IMG/VR virus record: IMGVR_UViG_3300020036_004254
DNA from: a virus
Taxonomy: Duplodnaviria > Caudoviricetes
Length of the DNA stretch: 64,000 nt
Direction: 5' to 3' (one strand)
The notes below the pieces were generated by a model. It had not been told where the DNA came from. It saw only the letters and a list, made by a program, of their open reading frames with translations, and made no database searches. Position numbers and translations under genes: made by a program. Numbering within the stretch: position 1 is the first letter of the stretch; the number at the start of each line of letters is the position of its first letter. This document shows, one piece after another, positions 22,227 to 31,657 of this stretch.

Positions 22227-23477
22227 GTGAAAGATTTAATCTATGTGCAAATTGCGGCGTACCGTGACCCTGAGTTATTGAAAACGGTTCGTGAATGTTT
22301 TAACTTGGCAAAACACCCAGAGAAAATTCAAATGTGTATTGCATGGCAACATGCACAAGAAGACACATGGGACACGTTAGCGGAGTTTCAAGACCACCCT
22401 CAAGTTACCATCATTGACATAGATTACAAAGACGCTCGTGGGGTGTGTTGGGCAAGACACAAGCTCAATAAAGAGTATCGTGGTCAAAAATACACCCTTC
22501 AGTTAGATTCTCATCACCGATTTACGCAAGATTGGGATGCCGAACTCAAGAAAATGTTTAAGGGGTTGGTGAAACAGGGTTTCAAGAAGCCTCTGATTAC
22601 CGCATATCTTCCCAGCTACGACCCAAACAACGACCCGGGTAGTCGAATCACCACCCCGTGGAATACGGACTTTGACCGTTTTTCCCCAGACGGAAACGTC
22701 CATTTTCAACCCAACAGCATCGATGACTGGCGCGACCGCCCACATCCAATCCCAGCACGATTTGTGTCTGGGCACTTTCTGTTTACATTGGGTAAGTTTT
22801 GTAAGGAAGTAGAGTATGATTCATCATATTATTTCCATGGGGAAGAAATCAACTTGTCTGTCCGTGCGTACCTTGCGGGATATGACCTGTTTCACCCCAA
22901 TAAAGTCATCATGTGGCACGAATACACTCGTTCCAACAAAAAGAAGCATTGGGACGACCACACGAACTGGAATGCGTTAAACGATTTCTCCCACGCGCAC
23001 AATCGACAAATGTTGGGTATCGATGGCGTGGTCCAGCCCCGAGTGACGGGAAATGCGCGTCAACTAGAAGATTATGAACGGTATGCGGGTCTTCAGTTCA
23101 GCACACGACGAGTTCACACCAAAACGATTGAAAAGAAGTATCCGCCTATTTGTACGGCAGACGACCCAACCTTTGAAGAAGGTCTTCGAAGCTTCCGACG
23201 GTACTGTATCGATTTGTACAAGGGAGCGTTTACTGAAACGGACTATACGGTGTGGGTATTGGCATTTAAGGACGCCGACGGAAACGAAATCTACCGAGAA
23301 GACGTTAGCCCAGACGAAATCAAACGGTTGATGGCAGAGATTCCTGATGATAAGTTTGTTCATGTATGGAGAACTTTTTTCTCGTCCGCGTTGCCAACTA
23401 AATACATTGTGTGGCCAGCCACCACCTCAAAGGGTTGGTTGCCTATTATTGAAGGTTCATTAGTGATTGACAAGTGA
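22227..23477 (+). CDS. GT60/PF11397-like polypeptide GlcNAc-transferase homologue 1
   Basis: 'IYVQIAAYRDPEL..T....F..AKHPE.I...I..Q', 'ARGVCWAR', 'Y.LQLDSHHRF...WD', 'F.SGHF.F' and 'YF.GEEI..S.R....GYD.F.P....WH.Y', all resembling Skp1/mucin-initiating GlcNAc transferases. Confidence 0.8.
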   Translation: MKDLIYVQIAAYRDPELLKTVRECFNLAKHPEKIQMCIAWQHAQEDTWDTLAEFQDHPQVTIIDIDYKDARGVCWARHKLNKEYRGQKYTLQLDSHHRFTQDWDAELKKMFKGLVKQGFKKPLITAYLPSYDPNNDPGSRITTPWNTDFDRFSPDGNVHFQPNSIDDWRDRPHPIPARFVSGHFLFTLGKFCKEVEYDSSYYFHGEEINLSVRAYLAGYDLFHPNKVIMWHEYTRSNKKKHWDDHTNWNALNDFSHAHNRQMLGIDGVVQPRVTGNARQLEDYERYAGLQFSTRRVHTKTIEKKYPPICTADDPTFEEGLRSFRRYCIDLYKGAFTETDYTVWVLAFKDADGNEIYREDVSPDEIKRLMAEIPDDKFVHVWRTFFSSALPTKYIVWPATTSKGWLPIIEGSLVIDK

Positions 23478-23484
23478 GGTTGTT

Positions 23485-24741
23485 ATGAAGAAAAAGACCA
23501 TTTTCATCCATCTTCCGGCGTACCGTGACCCGGAACTTATTCCAACCATTAAAGATGCGTTGGCCAAAGCGAAGCACCCAAAGAACCTTCGGTTTGGAAT
23601 TTGTCATCAGTATAACCCAGAAGACACATTCGATGACTTGTCAGAGTTTGAAAATGACAAGCGATTCAAGATTGACAAAATCTTGTATACCAATGCCAAG
23701 GGGTTGCCCTATGCCCGTCAGCGTATCAATGATATGATTACTGACGAGACATACATTTTGCAGTTGGATTCACACCACCGATTTGCAGAAAACTGGGACG
23801 AGACACTTATCAACATGCACTCCAAGTTGGAGAAAGAGGGGTTCAAGCCCATTCTCACGGGGTATCTGCCGTTGTACGACCCGTTCAACGACCCCGCAGG
23901 TCGTAGCATGGACCCGTGGCTTCAGCATTTTGTGTGTTTCTATCCTCACGGCACCATTTTCATCCGTCCCAGCGGCATTCCAGATTGGAAGAATCTCAAA
24001 GGCCCTGTGCGGTCCAGATTCCTCTCTGGACACTTCTGTTTTGCCAGAACCGAATGGGCCAAGACAATCAAACACGACCCGGATATCTATTTCAGCGGCG
24101 AAGAAATCAACCTCACGGTTCGTTCCTTCACCCATGGATATGACATGTTTCACCCCCATGTGCTGGTCATCTGGCACTCTACCATGCGCGAAGAACGGGC
24201 TGGGAAACTGTCATGGGATGACGAGCATAAGCGTGGAGTGGACACCAACGCGCACCAGACACGAGGTCGTGCGAAAATTCGTCAGTTGTTCCGCACCGAG
24301 GATAACGGGTTTGATTTGACTGGGTATGACATCGGAACGGAGCGAACTATTCGGGACTACGAAGAGTACGCAGGGTTTGATTTCAAACGTCGGGCCGTTC
24401 AGAAATACACCTTGGATTACAAGTATCCGCCAAACCCCAAGGTGGATGATTGGGAAGCGAGCCTATGCACATCCTTCTATAACCTAATCTCGTTTGACAA
24501 GACCAATTTCAAACTGAAGGATTACGAGTACATGGTCTGTGCCTATGATGACGAAAACGGAAACAACATCCAGCGACAAGATTTTCAGAAACATGAAATT
24601 GAGAAGTTCATGGCACAGCCCGGAAACTGGGTACATTTTGAACGTCATTTTCTCACCGAGAAAAAGCCCTACAAATGGGTTATCTGGGCGTATAGCAAAT
24701 CACAAGGCTGGGCCGAACGTTTGGAACACATCATCCAATGA
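23485..24741 (+). CDS. GT60/PF11397-like polypeptide GlcNAc-transferase homologue 2
   Basis: Full-length paralogue of the previous gene ('IFIHLPAYRDPELIPT', 'AKGLPYAR', 'LQLDSHHRF', 'FSGEEI'). ATG 23485 has a GAGG RBS (track start 23467). Confidence 0.8.
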   Translation: MKKKTIFIHLPAYRDPELIPTIKDALAKAKHPKNLRFGICHQYNPEDTFDDLSEFENDKRFKIDKILYTNAKGLPYARQRINDMITDETYILQLDSHHRFAENWDETLINMHSKLEKEGFKPILTGYLPLYDPFNDPAGRSMDPWLQHFVCFYPHGTIFIRPSGIPDWKNLKGPVRSRFLSGHFCFARTEWAKTIKHDPDIYFSGEEINLTVRSFTHGYDMFHPHVLVIWHSTMREERAGKLSWDDEHKRGVDTNAHQTRGRAKIRQLFRTEDNGFDLTGYDIGTERTIRDYEEYAGFDFKRRAVQKYTLDYKYPPNPKVDDWEASLCTSFYNLISFDKTNFKLKDYEYMVCAYDDENGNNIQRQDFQKHEIEKFMAQPGNWVHFERHFLTEKKPYKWVIWAYSKSQGWAERLEHIIQ

Positions 24742-25412
24742 GTGACTACAATCCAATAAATGACCTATCAATTCTCATTGAAAAATATGGCTCTGACAAG
24801 TTTCTCAGCCATTATACTGACTGTTACCACGCTGTGTTCAAAGATATTCGCCCATCTATCAAGAGTGTATTGGAGATTGGGGTCGGAAGTTTGGAAAACG
24901 TCCCCAGTTCAGCCGTGGGATTTACCCAACACCACCCCCATTACACCCCGGGAGGTTCTCTTCGGGCGTGGCGAGATTATTTCCCCAACGCTAACATTTT
25001 TGGATTAGACATAGCCGAGGATTGTCGAATCACCGAAGAGCGAATTGAGACAATGATTTTTAGCTCTACTGATTTGTATCAATGTCACGTGCATTTGGGG
25101 ACGACTAAATATGACATCATCATTGATGATGGGTTGCACATCGCGGAAGCGCAACTTATGACGATGTTCAACATGTTTCCACATGTGGCAGACGGGGGAT
25201 TTTATTGCGTTGAAGATATGTCTGGTGGCGGGGATGAGCGTGAAATGTTCTCGTTTTACCGCAAAGAAATCTCCCCCATTGTAGACGCGCACGAGTTCTA
25301 CTATAGAGGCAACATCTTGATTGTCAAGAAAAACTATAGTGGATTGGGTGACGTTGGTCGGGATGGTCACGCATTTCCAGCACGAGAGTTTTCACCACTT
25401 AAAGTAGGGTAA
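24738..25412 (+). CDS. Class I SAM-dependent methyltransferase (sugar O-methyltransferase-like)
   Basis: 'GSDK...HY...Y', 'VLEIGVG', 'SLRAWRDYFPNA.I.GLDI' and 'DIIIDDG.H...GG.Y.VED'. Confidence 0.75.
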   Translation: MSDYNPINDLSILIEKYGSDKFLSHYTDCYHAVFKDIRPSIKSVLEIGVGSLENVPSSAVGFTQHHPHYTPGGSLRAWRDYFPNANIFGLDIAEDCRITEERIETMIFSSTDLYQCHVHLGTTKYDIIIDDGLHIAEAQLMTMFNMFPHVADGGFYCVEDMSGGGDEREMFSFYRKEISPIVDAHEFYYRGNILIVKKNYSGLGDVGRDGHAFPAREFSPLKVG

Positions 25413-25415
25413 CGT

Positions 25416-27011
25416 ATGAAAAGCGAATTGTTTCGGGTATTGCAACCCCAGAATATCTTCCAAGAAAAGAAGCGGTTGGGTCCAACACAGGACGGTGGGT
25501 ATGTCATGCCAGTTTCGGTGTTGAATACCTGTGATGCGCTCTTCACCTATGGCGTTGGTGGAGAAACTCGTTATGAAGAAGAGTTTTCTCGGGATTACCA
25601 GAAGCCTGTCTTCATGTTTGACCACACCATTCCTTCTATCCCACATCTGTGTACGATTGACCCCAATGTTAAGTTTAAGAAAGAGGGTCTTGGGGCCGAG
25701 GAAAATTGTAAGGATTTTGTCGCTCACCTCCAAGAGTTTCGAAAAGAAGACGGCACTCCGTTTGAAAACGTCTTCCTGAAAATTGACATTGAAGGTGGGG
25801 AGTATGACTATCTGTTGAACGCCGATATCGATGCACTGGCCAAGGTGGTCTGTGGAATCAACTTGGAATTCCACTGGCTTCACGAAGAGCCGCGTCAGGA
25901 AAAGCTTGTTCGCATCATGAATAAGTTGAACACGCACTTCATCATGAACCACATTCACGCCAATAACTGGGTGACCATGTTTCCGTTGGAAGGCCGAATG
26001 CTTCCTATTGTGTTGGAAATGTCCTTTATCCATAGAAAGTTGGTCGAGAGGTCAGAACCAGAACTTCGTCAATTTCCCGTCGCAGGGCTTGACTGGCCCA
26101 ACCGCCCGGACGCGCCAGACCACGAACTCACATTTCTTAATTGGTTGCCACGACCCAATCAGAAGATTTACATTTCTTTGACCACGGTCCCGGCGCGGTT
26201 AGGAGATTGGGCGCAGGCCAAGCAAAATCTTGACTCGTTGCTCAACCAAAACACCACGGTGGAATATACGGTGTTGTTAAATCTTCCGCTTCGGTATTGT
26301 ATCACGGGAGAAGAATATATCATTTCAGACGAGTTGAAAGCCTATGCCGACGCCAACCCCAAACTGGTCATCAATCGGTTGTTGGTGGACAGAGGCCCTG
26401 TTGCAAAGATTGACGGGTTTTTGAGTGTCTCGACTAACCCAGAGGATATTATCGTGGTGTGCGATGATGACCATGTGTATCACGAGGATATGTTGGAATA
26501 TCATCTGAAGAAGCTACTCCAATATCCCAATGCGGCCACCGCATTTCGTGGTGATTTTATTGTTGAGAAGCGGGAATGGGTGGAGCCGGATGGTTCACGA
26601 AAGTACATGCTTCGCCCCACCCATTTGTATTTCCCTCCAAAAGAAGACCGTCAGTTATTGATTCCGGGTCACTGGCATTCTGTTGCCTATCGGAGAAAGT
26701 TCTTTGCCGATGATTTTGAAGCCGTGACCACCGGGATAGCAATCAATGACGACATCGCGGTGGGATACTACCTGAAGCGGCGTCAGATTCATATCATGTG
26801 TATTTCGTGGGACAAAGAAACCGATTGGCGTCCTGCCAATGACAACGGTCGGGCCGCATCAACCTTCCCAATTGTTCGCACGTTGCCAAGTTCCGGAACC
26901 AGTGGGTTCCACGCACACCGGGAAAAAAGCAAGGACCACGTTGGAGAAATCGACAACACACTCGTCAAACCAGAAATTGAAGACGGCCACTTTAAGATTT
27001 ATTCGGAGTAA
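25416..27011 (+). CDS. Fusion of an FkbM/Methyltransf_22-like domain and a GT-A glycosyltransferase
   Basis: N-half 'RLG...DGGYV', 'YGVG', 'LKIDIEGGE', 'EFH', 'HIHANN'; C-half 'ISLTTVPARL...SLLNQ...GP..K...IIVVCDDDHVY'. Confidence 0.7.
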   Translation: MKSELFRVLQPQNIFQEKKRLGPTQDGGYVMPVSVLNTCDALFTYGVGGETRYEEEFSRDYQKPVFMFDHTIPSIPHLCTIDPNVKFKKEGLGAEENCKDFVAHLQEFRKEDGTPFENVFLKIDIEGGEYDYLLNADIDALAKVVCGINLEFHWLHEEPRQEKLVRIMNKLNTHFIMNHIHANNWVTMFPLEGRMLPIVLEMSFIHRKLVERSEPELRQFPVAGLDWPNRPDAPDHELTFLNWLPRPNQKIYISLTTVPARLGDWAQAKQNLDSLLNQNTTVEYTVLLNLPLRYCITGEEYIISDELKAYADANPKLVINRLLVDRGPVAKIDGFLSVSTNPEDIIVVCDDDHVYHEDMLEYHLKKLLQYPNAATAFRGDFIVEKREWVEPDGSRKYMLRPTHLYFPPKEDRQLLIPGHWHSVAYRRKFFADDFEAVTTGIAINDDIAVGYYLKRRQIHIMCISWDKETDWRPANDNGRAASTFPIVRTLPSSGTSGFHAHREKSKDHVGEIDNTLVKPEIEDGHFKIYSE

Positions 27012-27012
27012 T

Positions 27013-27861
27013 ATGCCACCGATTATTGTAACACTCACCACGGTTCCCGAGCGATTCACCGGAATGTACGGTGACAACGAGCTTGGTATGAAATCAAATA
27101 TTGACTCGTTGTTGAATCAAGAGTTTGACAGGGACTATGAAATCCACCTAAATATCCCTGATGTCATGAAGTACACCGGGGAAGCCTATATCATCCCAGA
27201 GTGGTTGTTAGAGCGGGAGCGGGACAACCCAACCAAGTTGAAGTTGTTTCGTGGGGTAGAAGACATGGGTCCAATCACCAAGATGTATCATACCGTGATG
27301 CGGACCACAGACCCGGATGCCATTATCATTGTTTGCGACGATGATTTGGTCTATCACCCTAAGATGGTGGCGGAACAGGTCAAGAACCAAGAAACCTACA
27401 CCAACACCGTATGCGGATATGACGGCATTCGCATGGAAGACCCTTATTCACTTACTGACCCACCGGATATCAGAACCCATTTTGTGGTGTCGGTATTCAA
27501 GGATGTATATGTTAACTATCTCCAACACTACAAGACCGTTTCGTACCGTCGGCACTTTTTCGACGCCTCGTTCCCCGAGTTCATTGCAGAATACTGCAAT
27601 GCCGACACCGCCACGGGATGGAATGATGATATCACTATTGGGGCGTACCTTGGAAAAATGGGCATTCAGAAAATGGTTCGGTGTTATGAGGATGAAGAGC
27701 AGTTGTTAACGATTGAGCAATGGCAAGAAAAGGGTGGAGTCTTGACTTTTCCTGTAGTACGGCACATTGCACGAGGTGGAGAAGAAGGATGCTTTTTGTA
27801 TCGTCGGGACAATAAGGAACATCAATACTACGAATTTTTGAAAAAAGGATATCTTAAATAA
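27013..27861 (+). CDS. GT-A (GT2-like) glycosyltransferase, paralogue of the C-half of the upstream gene
   Basis: 'IVTLTTVPER...SLLNQ...D.GP.TK...IIIVCDDDLVY...NDDI'. ATG 27013 follows the upstream stop, so the track start 26839 is probably too long. Confidence 0.7.
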   Translation: MPPIIVTLTTVPERFTGMYGDNELGMKSNIDSLLNQEFDRDYEIHLNIPDVMKYTGEAYIIPEWLLERERDNPTKLKLFRGVEDMGPITKMYHTVMRTTDPDAIIIVCDDDLVYHPKMVAEQVKNQETYTNTVCGYDGIRMEDPYSLTDPPDIRTHFVVSVFKDVYVNYLQHYKTVSYRRHFFDASFPEFIAEYCNADTATGWNDDITIGAYLGKMGIQKMVRCYEDEEQLLTIEQWQEKGGVLTFPVVRHIARGGEEGCFLYRRDNKEHQYYEFLKKGYLK

Positions 27862-30137
27862 TGCCATTTTCCACACCGATTTTTAAGGAAGAAACCGTTG
27901 ACTTTGTGACGGCAAAGTTTCAGCCAACCGACACCGTCTTGGATATTGGGGCTGGGTCAGGAACCTATGCAGACCGTCTTGGACACCATTTCAAGCGCAT
28001 GGATGCGGTCGAAGTCTTTGCGCCATACATCGAAGAATATCATTTGAAGTCCAAATATGCCAAGGTCTTCAACGAAGATGCCACCACCTTCAACTTTGAT
28101 TACTACGATTTGATTATTCTTGGGGATGTGTTGGAACACATTTCAGAAGAGAACGGGGTAGCACTCATTGAACGATTGTACGACAAGTGTCGTGATATGA
28201 TTATTTGCATCCCCTTCAACTCCACACAGGGTGTGCATTTTGACAACGAGGCTGAGATTCATCTTCAACCAACCTTGACCAACGAGTCGTTCCTTGCCAA
28301 GTATAAGGGATTTCGTCCTTTTGCTTTGCGTGACGATTATGGTATCTACATCAAAGACATTCCAGAGAACAGAAAATATTTCATCACCTATGATGAGGTA
28401 TGGAGCGGTGAACGAAAGAATGCCGCCCCGCGTTCTCCTATGGAAGGAACAACCATTGTCACAGGATTTTGGGATATTGGTCGCGTTGGTCGTGATTTGG
28501 AACACTATCTCACCCACCTGAAGAACTTACTCAATCTTGACGCCAAACTGTTTCTCTATTTGCCGTCAAAATTCGAACATTTGGTGTGGGAAAACCCCAA
28601 GCGCACCAGAAAGAACACCTACGTTCGCACATGGGAACTTTCCGATGTCAAGGATTTGATGGCACCATTTTGGGACAAGATTCAAGAAATCCGCACCAGC
28701 GAATCATGGCAGAATAGCACGGGTGAGGGTGGGTGGCTAAAGGGTAGCCCTCAAGCGGTAAACGAGTGGTATAACCCCATTGTCATGTCAAAGATGCCCA
28801 TGCTTCACAATGCCGTGTGTTGGAACCCGTTCAACAGCGAAAACTTCTTGTGGATTGACAGCGGCATCACTCATACCGTGTATGACAAGATGTTGATTGA
28901 TGAAAAGGCTCTTGACAAAATGATTCCCCACTTGGACCCGTTTGTTTTCTTGAGTTATCCCTATGAGACAACCCAAGAGATTCACGGGTTCCCCAAGGAT
29001 AAGATGGATGTCTATGCGGGTGCCCCGGTGCATTATGTGTGTCGTGGTGGATTGTTTGGCGGCACCAAGGCCGCGATTCGAGAGGCCAACACCATGTACT
29101 ACAGTCTGTTGATGGATACCTTGAATGCAGGATACATGGGAACGGAAGAGAGCATTTTCACCCTAATGGCCTATCGCCGTCCAGAAATCTATCGTCGCTA
29201 TGAGTTGGACGAAAACGGTCTTATCGTTAAATACATTTCCGCTCTTCTGGATGGAACGGCGGAACTCGTGGCCATCCCTCAAACCACAAAGAAGTTGGCG
29301 AATATGTACAAGAATGTAGAAAAGAAAAAGACCGATTTGTATATTTTGACGTTCAACTTCCCTGAACAGCTAACCGAAATCTTCAAAAGTTTGGATAGGG
29401 CAGAATGGTTGAAGAAGGCCAATCAGGTGACGGTGATTGACAACTCAAACAAGGTAGAAAGTCAACAGGCCAACGCCGACATCTGTCGTCAATACGGGTC
29501 GCACCATGTCATCACAGGCAAGAACGGTGGAATTTGTGGTGGTCGTATGATTGCCGCGCAAATGTTCGAGGCGTCGGACGCGGACTTCTACATGTTCTTT
29601 GAAGATGATATGTTGTTCTACAACGAAGATGACCATGTTCCGTTCTGTCGAAACGGGTTCCGCACCATGATTCCCAACCTCTTCGAAAAACTCGAAGGGA
29701 TTATGCAGAAAGAAGATTTTGACTTTGTCAAGTTGTCGTTTACGGAAGTCTACATGGACAACCATCTTCAGGTGTCGTGGTACAATGTTCCCCAGTCTGT
29801 GCGAACGGAACAATGGCCGGAATATGACAAACTCCCTGTCCATGGACTTGACCCAAACTGTCCGCGCACGGCATTGGGAACCATTGACAATTACGAAGGA
29901 TTGTGCTATCTTACCGGAGATATTTACTACGCCAACTGGCCGATGATTATGAACAAAGAAGGAAACCGCAAGGTGTTTCTCGAAACAACATGGGCGAACC
30001 CCTATGAACAGACTTGGATGTCGTATGTATTTCAAGAAATGTTGAAGGATAAAATTCGGGGAGCGGTTCTTTTGGCGTCACCTATTCATCACAATAGAAC
30101 ATCACATTATCTACGTGAAGAGCGTCGGGAGAACTAA
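27861..30137 (+). CDS. Three-domain protein: SAM methyltransferase + HtrL/YibB-like glycosyltransferase + GT2-like domain
   Basis: 'VLDIGAGSG...GDVLEH'; 'TIVTGFWDIGR...Y...MSK...NPF.SE.F.WIDSG...GGLFGG'; 'IDNS...N.GI.GGR...FFEDDM'. Confidence 0.7.
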   Translation: MPFSTPIFKEETVDFVTAKFQPTDTVLDIGAGSGTYADRLGHHFKRMDAVEVFAPYIEEYHLKSKYAKVFNEDATTFNFDYYDLIILGDVLEHISEENGVALIERLYDKCRDMIICIPFNSTQGVHFDNEAEIHLQPTLTNESFLAKYKGFRPFALRDDYGIYIKDIPENRKYFITYDEVWSGERKNAAPRSPMEGTTIVTGFWDIGRVGRDLEHYLTHLKNLLNLDAKLFLYLPSKFEHLVWENPKRTRKNTYVRTWELSDVKDLMAPFWDKIQEIRTSESWQNSTGEGGWLKGSPQAVNEWYNPIVMSKMPMLHNAVCWNPFNSENFLWIDSGITHTVYDKMLIDEKALDKMIPHLDPFVFLSYPYETTQEIHGFPKDKMDVYAGAPVHYVCRGGLFGGTKAAIREANTMYYSLLMDTLNAGYMGTEESIFTLMAYRRPEIYRRYELDENGLIVKYISALLDGTAELVAIPQTTKKLANMYKNVEKKKTDLYILTFNFPEQLTEIFKSLDRAEWLKKANQVTVIDNSNKVESQQANADICRQYGSHHVITGKNGGICGGRMIAAQMFEASDADFYMFFEDDMLFYNEDDHVPFCRNGFRTMIPNLFEKLEGIMQKEDFDFVKLSFTEVYMDNHLQVSWYNVPQSVRTEQWPEYDKLPVHGLDPNCPRTALGTIDNYEGLCYLTGDIYYANWPMIMNKEGNRKVFLETTWANPYEQTWMSYVFQEMLKDKIRGAVLLASPIHHNRTSHYLREERREN

Positions 30138-30138
30138 C

Positions 30139-30792
30139 ATGCGTGAAAACACCGTTCCGGAAATCGCAAAAATCATCAACGAAGCCGTCACCCCAGTACT
30201 AATTTTGGTAGTGGGGAACGCTTGTAATGAGGAAACTCCTCGAATACAGGAAGACCTTGAAAAACGCATTCTAGAGGTCAATCGTGCGGTGGCAATGTTT
30301 ACCGTGTGTATGCCAGAAGGAAGCATTTCCTTCCCCAGACCACAGATTCCGGCGTTGTATTATTTCCTACCAAACAATCAAATCCCGGTGTTCTGGCGCG
30401 GAAATGATATGATTCAGCACATTGCACAAGACTTAGAAATTGTGGAAAAGATGTTCCTAGATGGTGTCTCGCACGAGGATGCCCGTTATGATGACACCAT
30501 GAAAACGCAGATTCGGGATACGGAAACTGCCTTTGCACAAGAAACCACAAAAGAATTTCCCCCAAAGCTCAAACAGGCTCGTAACTTCATCAAGGAAATG
30601 TGGACAACGGCACGACGGGGAATGAACAACCTCCCAGTAATCGCCACCGCAGAAGAAGGGGGAAGGAGATTGGATATTTGTGAAACTTGCCCAAGCTTCG
30701 AATCTTCATCAAATCGGTGTAAGGAGTGTGGGTGCGCCATGAATATCAAAACCCAGTTGGTGGCGTCTACTTGCCCATTGGGTAAATGGTAG
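30139..30792 (+). CDS. Hypothetical protein, possibly thioredoxin-like N-terminus, with C-terminal Cys cluster (CxxC...CxxCGC...CPLGKW)
   Basis: C-terminal 'RLDICETCP...RCKECGCAM..K......CPLGKW'; last gene of the tightly packed operon. Confidence 0.6.
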   Translation: MRENTVPEIAKIINEAVTPVLILVVGNACNEETPRIQEDLEKRILEVNRAVAMFTVCMPEGSISFPRPQIPALYYFLPNNQIPVFWRGNDMIQHIAQDLEIVEKMFLDGVSHEDARYDDTMKTQIRDTETAFAQETTKEFPPKLKQARNFIKEMWTTARRGMNNLPVIATAEEGGRRLDICETCPSFESSSNRCKECGCAMNIKTQLVASTCPLGKW

Positions 30793-30800
30793 CATAAATA
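30793..30800 (+). promoter_or_regulatory. Late promoter variant CATAAATA
   Basis: Intergenic, upstream of ORF 30826. Confidence 0.6.
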
Positions 30801-30825
30801 AGGGGAACCCAACCCCGAGAAAAAA

Positions 30826-31158
30826 ATGGCCGCAATTCAAAATCTAGTAATCGACCAAGGAACCACGTTCAGTCGGACGTTTGATTTAACCGACGCGAAC
30901 GGGGTTCCTTACGATTTGTCAGAATATACCATCGTTGCTCAAATTCGCCGGGGATACGCCTCAAACTCTGGGTTGCAGTTTACCACCGCCATTGTTGGCG
31001 CGGCGGAAAACGGTTCGTTGTCAATTTCTCTAACCGCCGCCGAAACCCTGTCTTTGAAGTACGGGCGATATGTCTATGACATCAAACTCACGACTTCATC
31101 TGAACATCTTCGGGTTATTGAAGGCATTATTACCATTACTCCTACAGTCACCAGATAA
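30826..31158 (+). CDS. Small virion structural protein (BppU-like beta-sandwich)
   Basis: 'NL.IDQG.TF...DL..Y...AQIR...SLTA.ET..LK.GRYVYD...RV.EG....P.VT' is common in T4-like structural modules. Confidence 0.75.
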   Translation: MAAIQNLVIDQGTTFSRTFDLTDANGVPYDLSEYTIVAQIRRGYASNSGLQFTTAIVGAAENGSLSISLTAAETLSLKYGRYVYDIKLTTSSEHLRVIEGIITITPTVTR

Positions 31159-31418
31159 TGGCGAATATTGTTGTGCGGGTTCGTCAACCCTCATCGATAC
31201 GAGTTCAGGTTCAAACCCCTTCTACGGTAACAGCCTCTATACGCAAGTATATGGTCAAAAACGTAAATCTGGAAAATCTCTTGAACGTAAATGAAGACGC
31301 ATATGGGTTGAGTGATGGATTTACAATTCTATACAATCAAGCGACCAGAACATGGGAACCGCGATATGCCACCTCAACCTTTGATACCAGCGTTGATTTA
31401 GACGGAGGGACATTCTAA
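31158..31418 (+). CDS. Small structural protein ending DGGTF, paralogous to the C-terminus of ORF 32815
   Basis: 'LENLLNV.....GL.D.F...Y...T.TW......DGG.F' is shared with the end of 32815..34893; TAATG coupling to the upstream gene. Confidence 0.6.
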   Translation: MANIVVRVRQPSSIRVQVQTPSTVTASIRKYMVKNVNLENLLNVNEDAYGLSDGFTILYNQATRTWEPRYATSTFDTSVDLDGGTF

Positions 31419-31419
31419 T

Positions 31420-31647
31420 ATGACAAATATCATTAAACATAAACGTAGTGATGTTGATGGACGAGTCCCCACCACCGCTGATTTGGTCTTGGGTGAAATT
31501 GCAGTCAACTCGTTCAATGGAAAGCTCTTCATCAAAAGAAATCAAAACGGTGATGAGAGTATTATTCAGATAGGTGGAGAAATCACAGTTGGAACAACAC
31601 CGCCACAAGACCCAGTTGAGGGTGATTTGTGGGTAGACACAAACTAA
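31420..31647 (+). CDS. Small fibre-associated protein
   Basis: Tail-fibre motifs 'IKHKRS...G.VP...L..GEIAVN...GKLF.K' and 'GTTPP..P.EGDLWVDTN'. Confidence 0.6.
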   Translation: MTNIIKHKRSDVDGRVPTTADLVLGEIAVNSFNGKLFIKRNQNGDESIIQIGGEITVGTTPPQDPVEGDLWVDTN

Positions 31648-31657
31648 TGGAGTATGA

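Noticed and set aside
22227-30137. GT cluster as a DNA hypermodification system (T4 agt/bgt-like)
   Set aside because: Late promoter, location in the structural module, GT-A/GT60-type motifs rather than T4 glucosyltransferase types, and apparent restriction-site avoidance. Not formally excluded.
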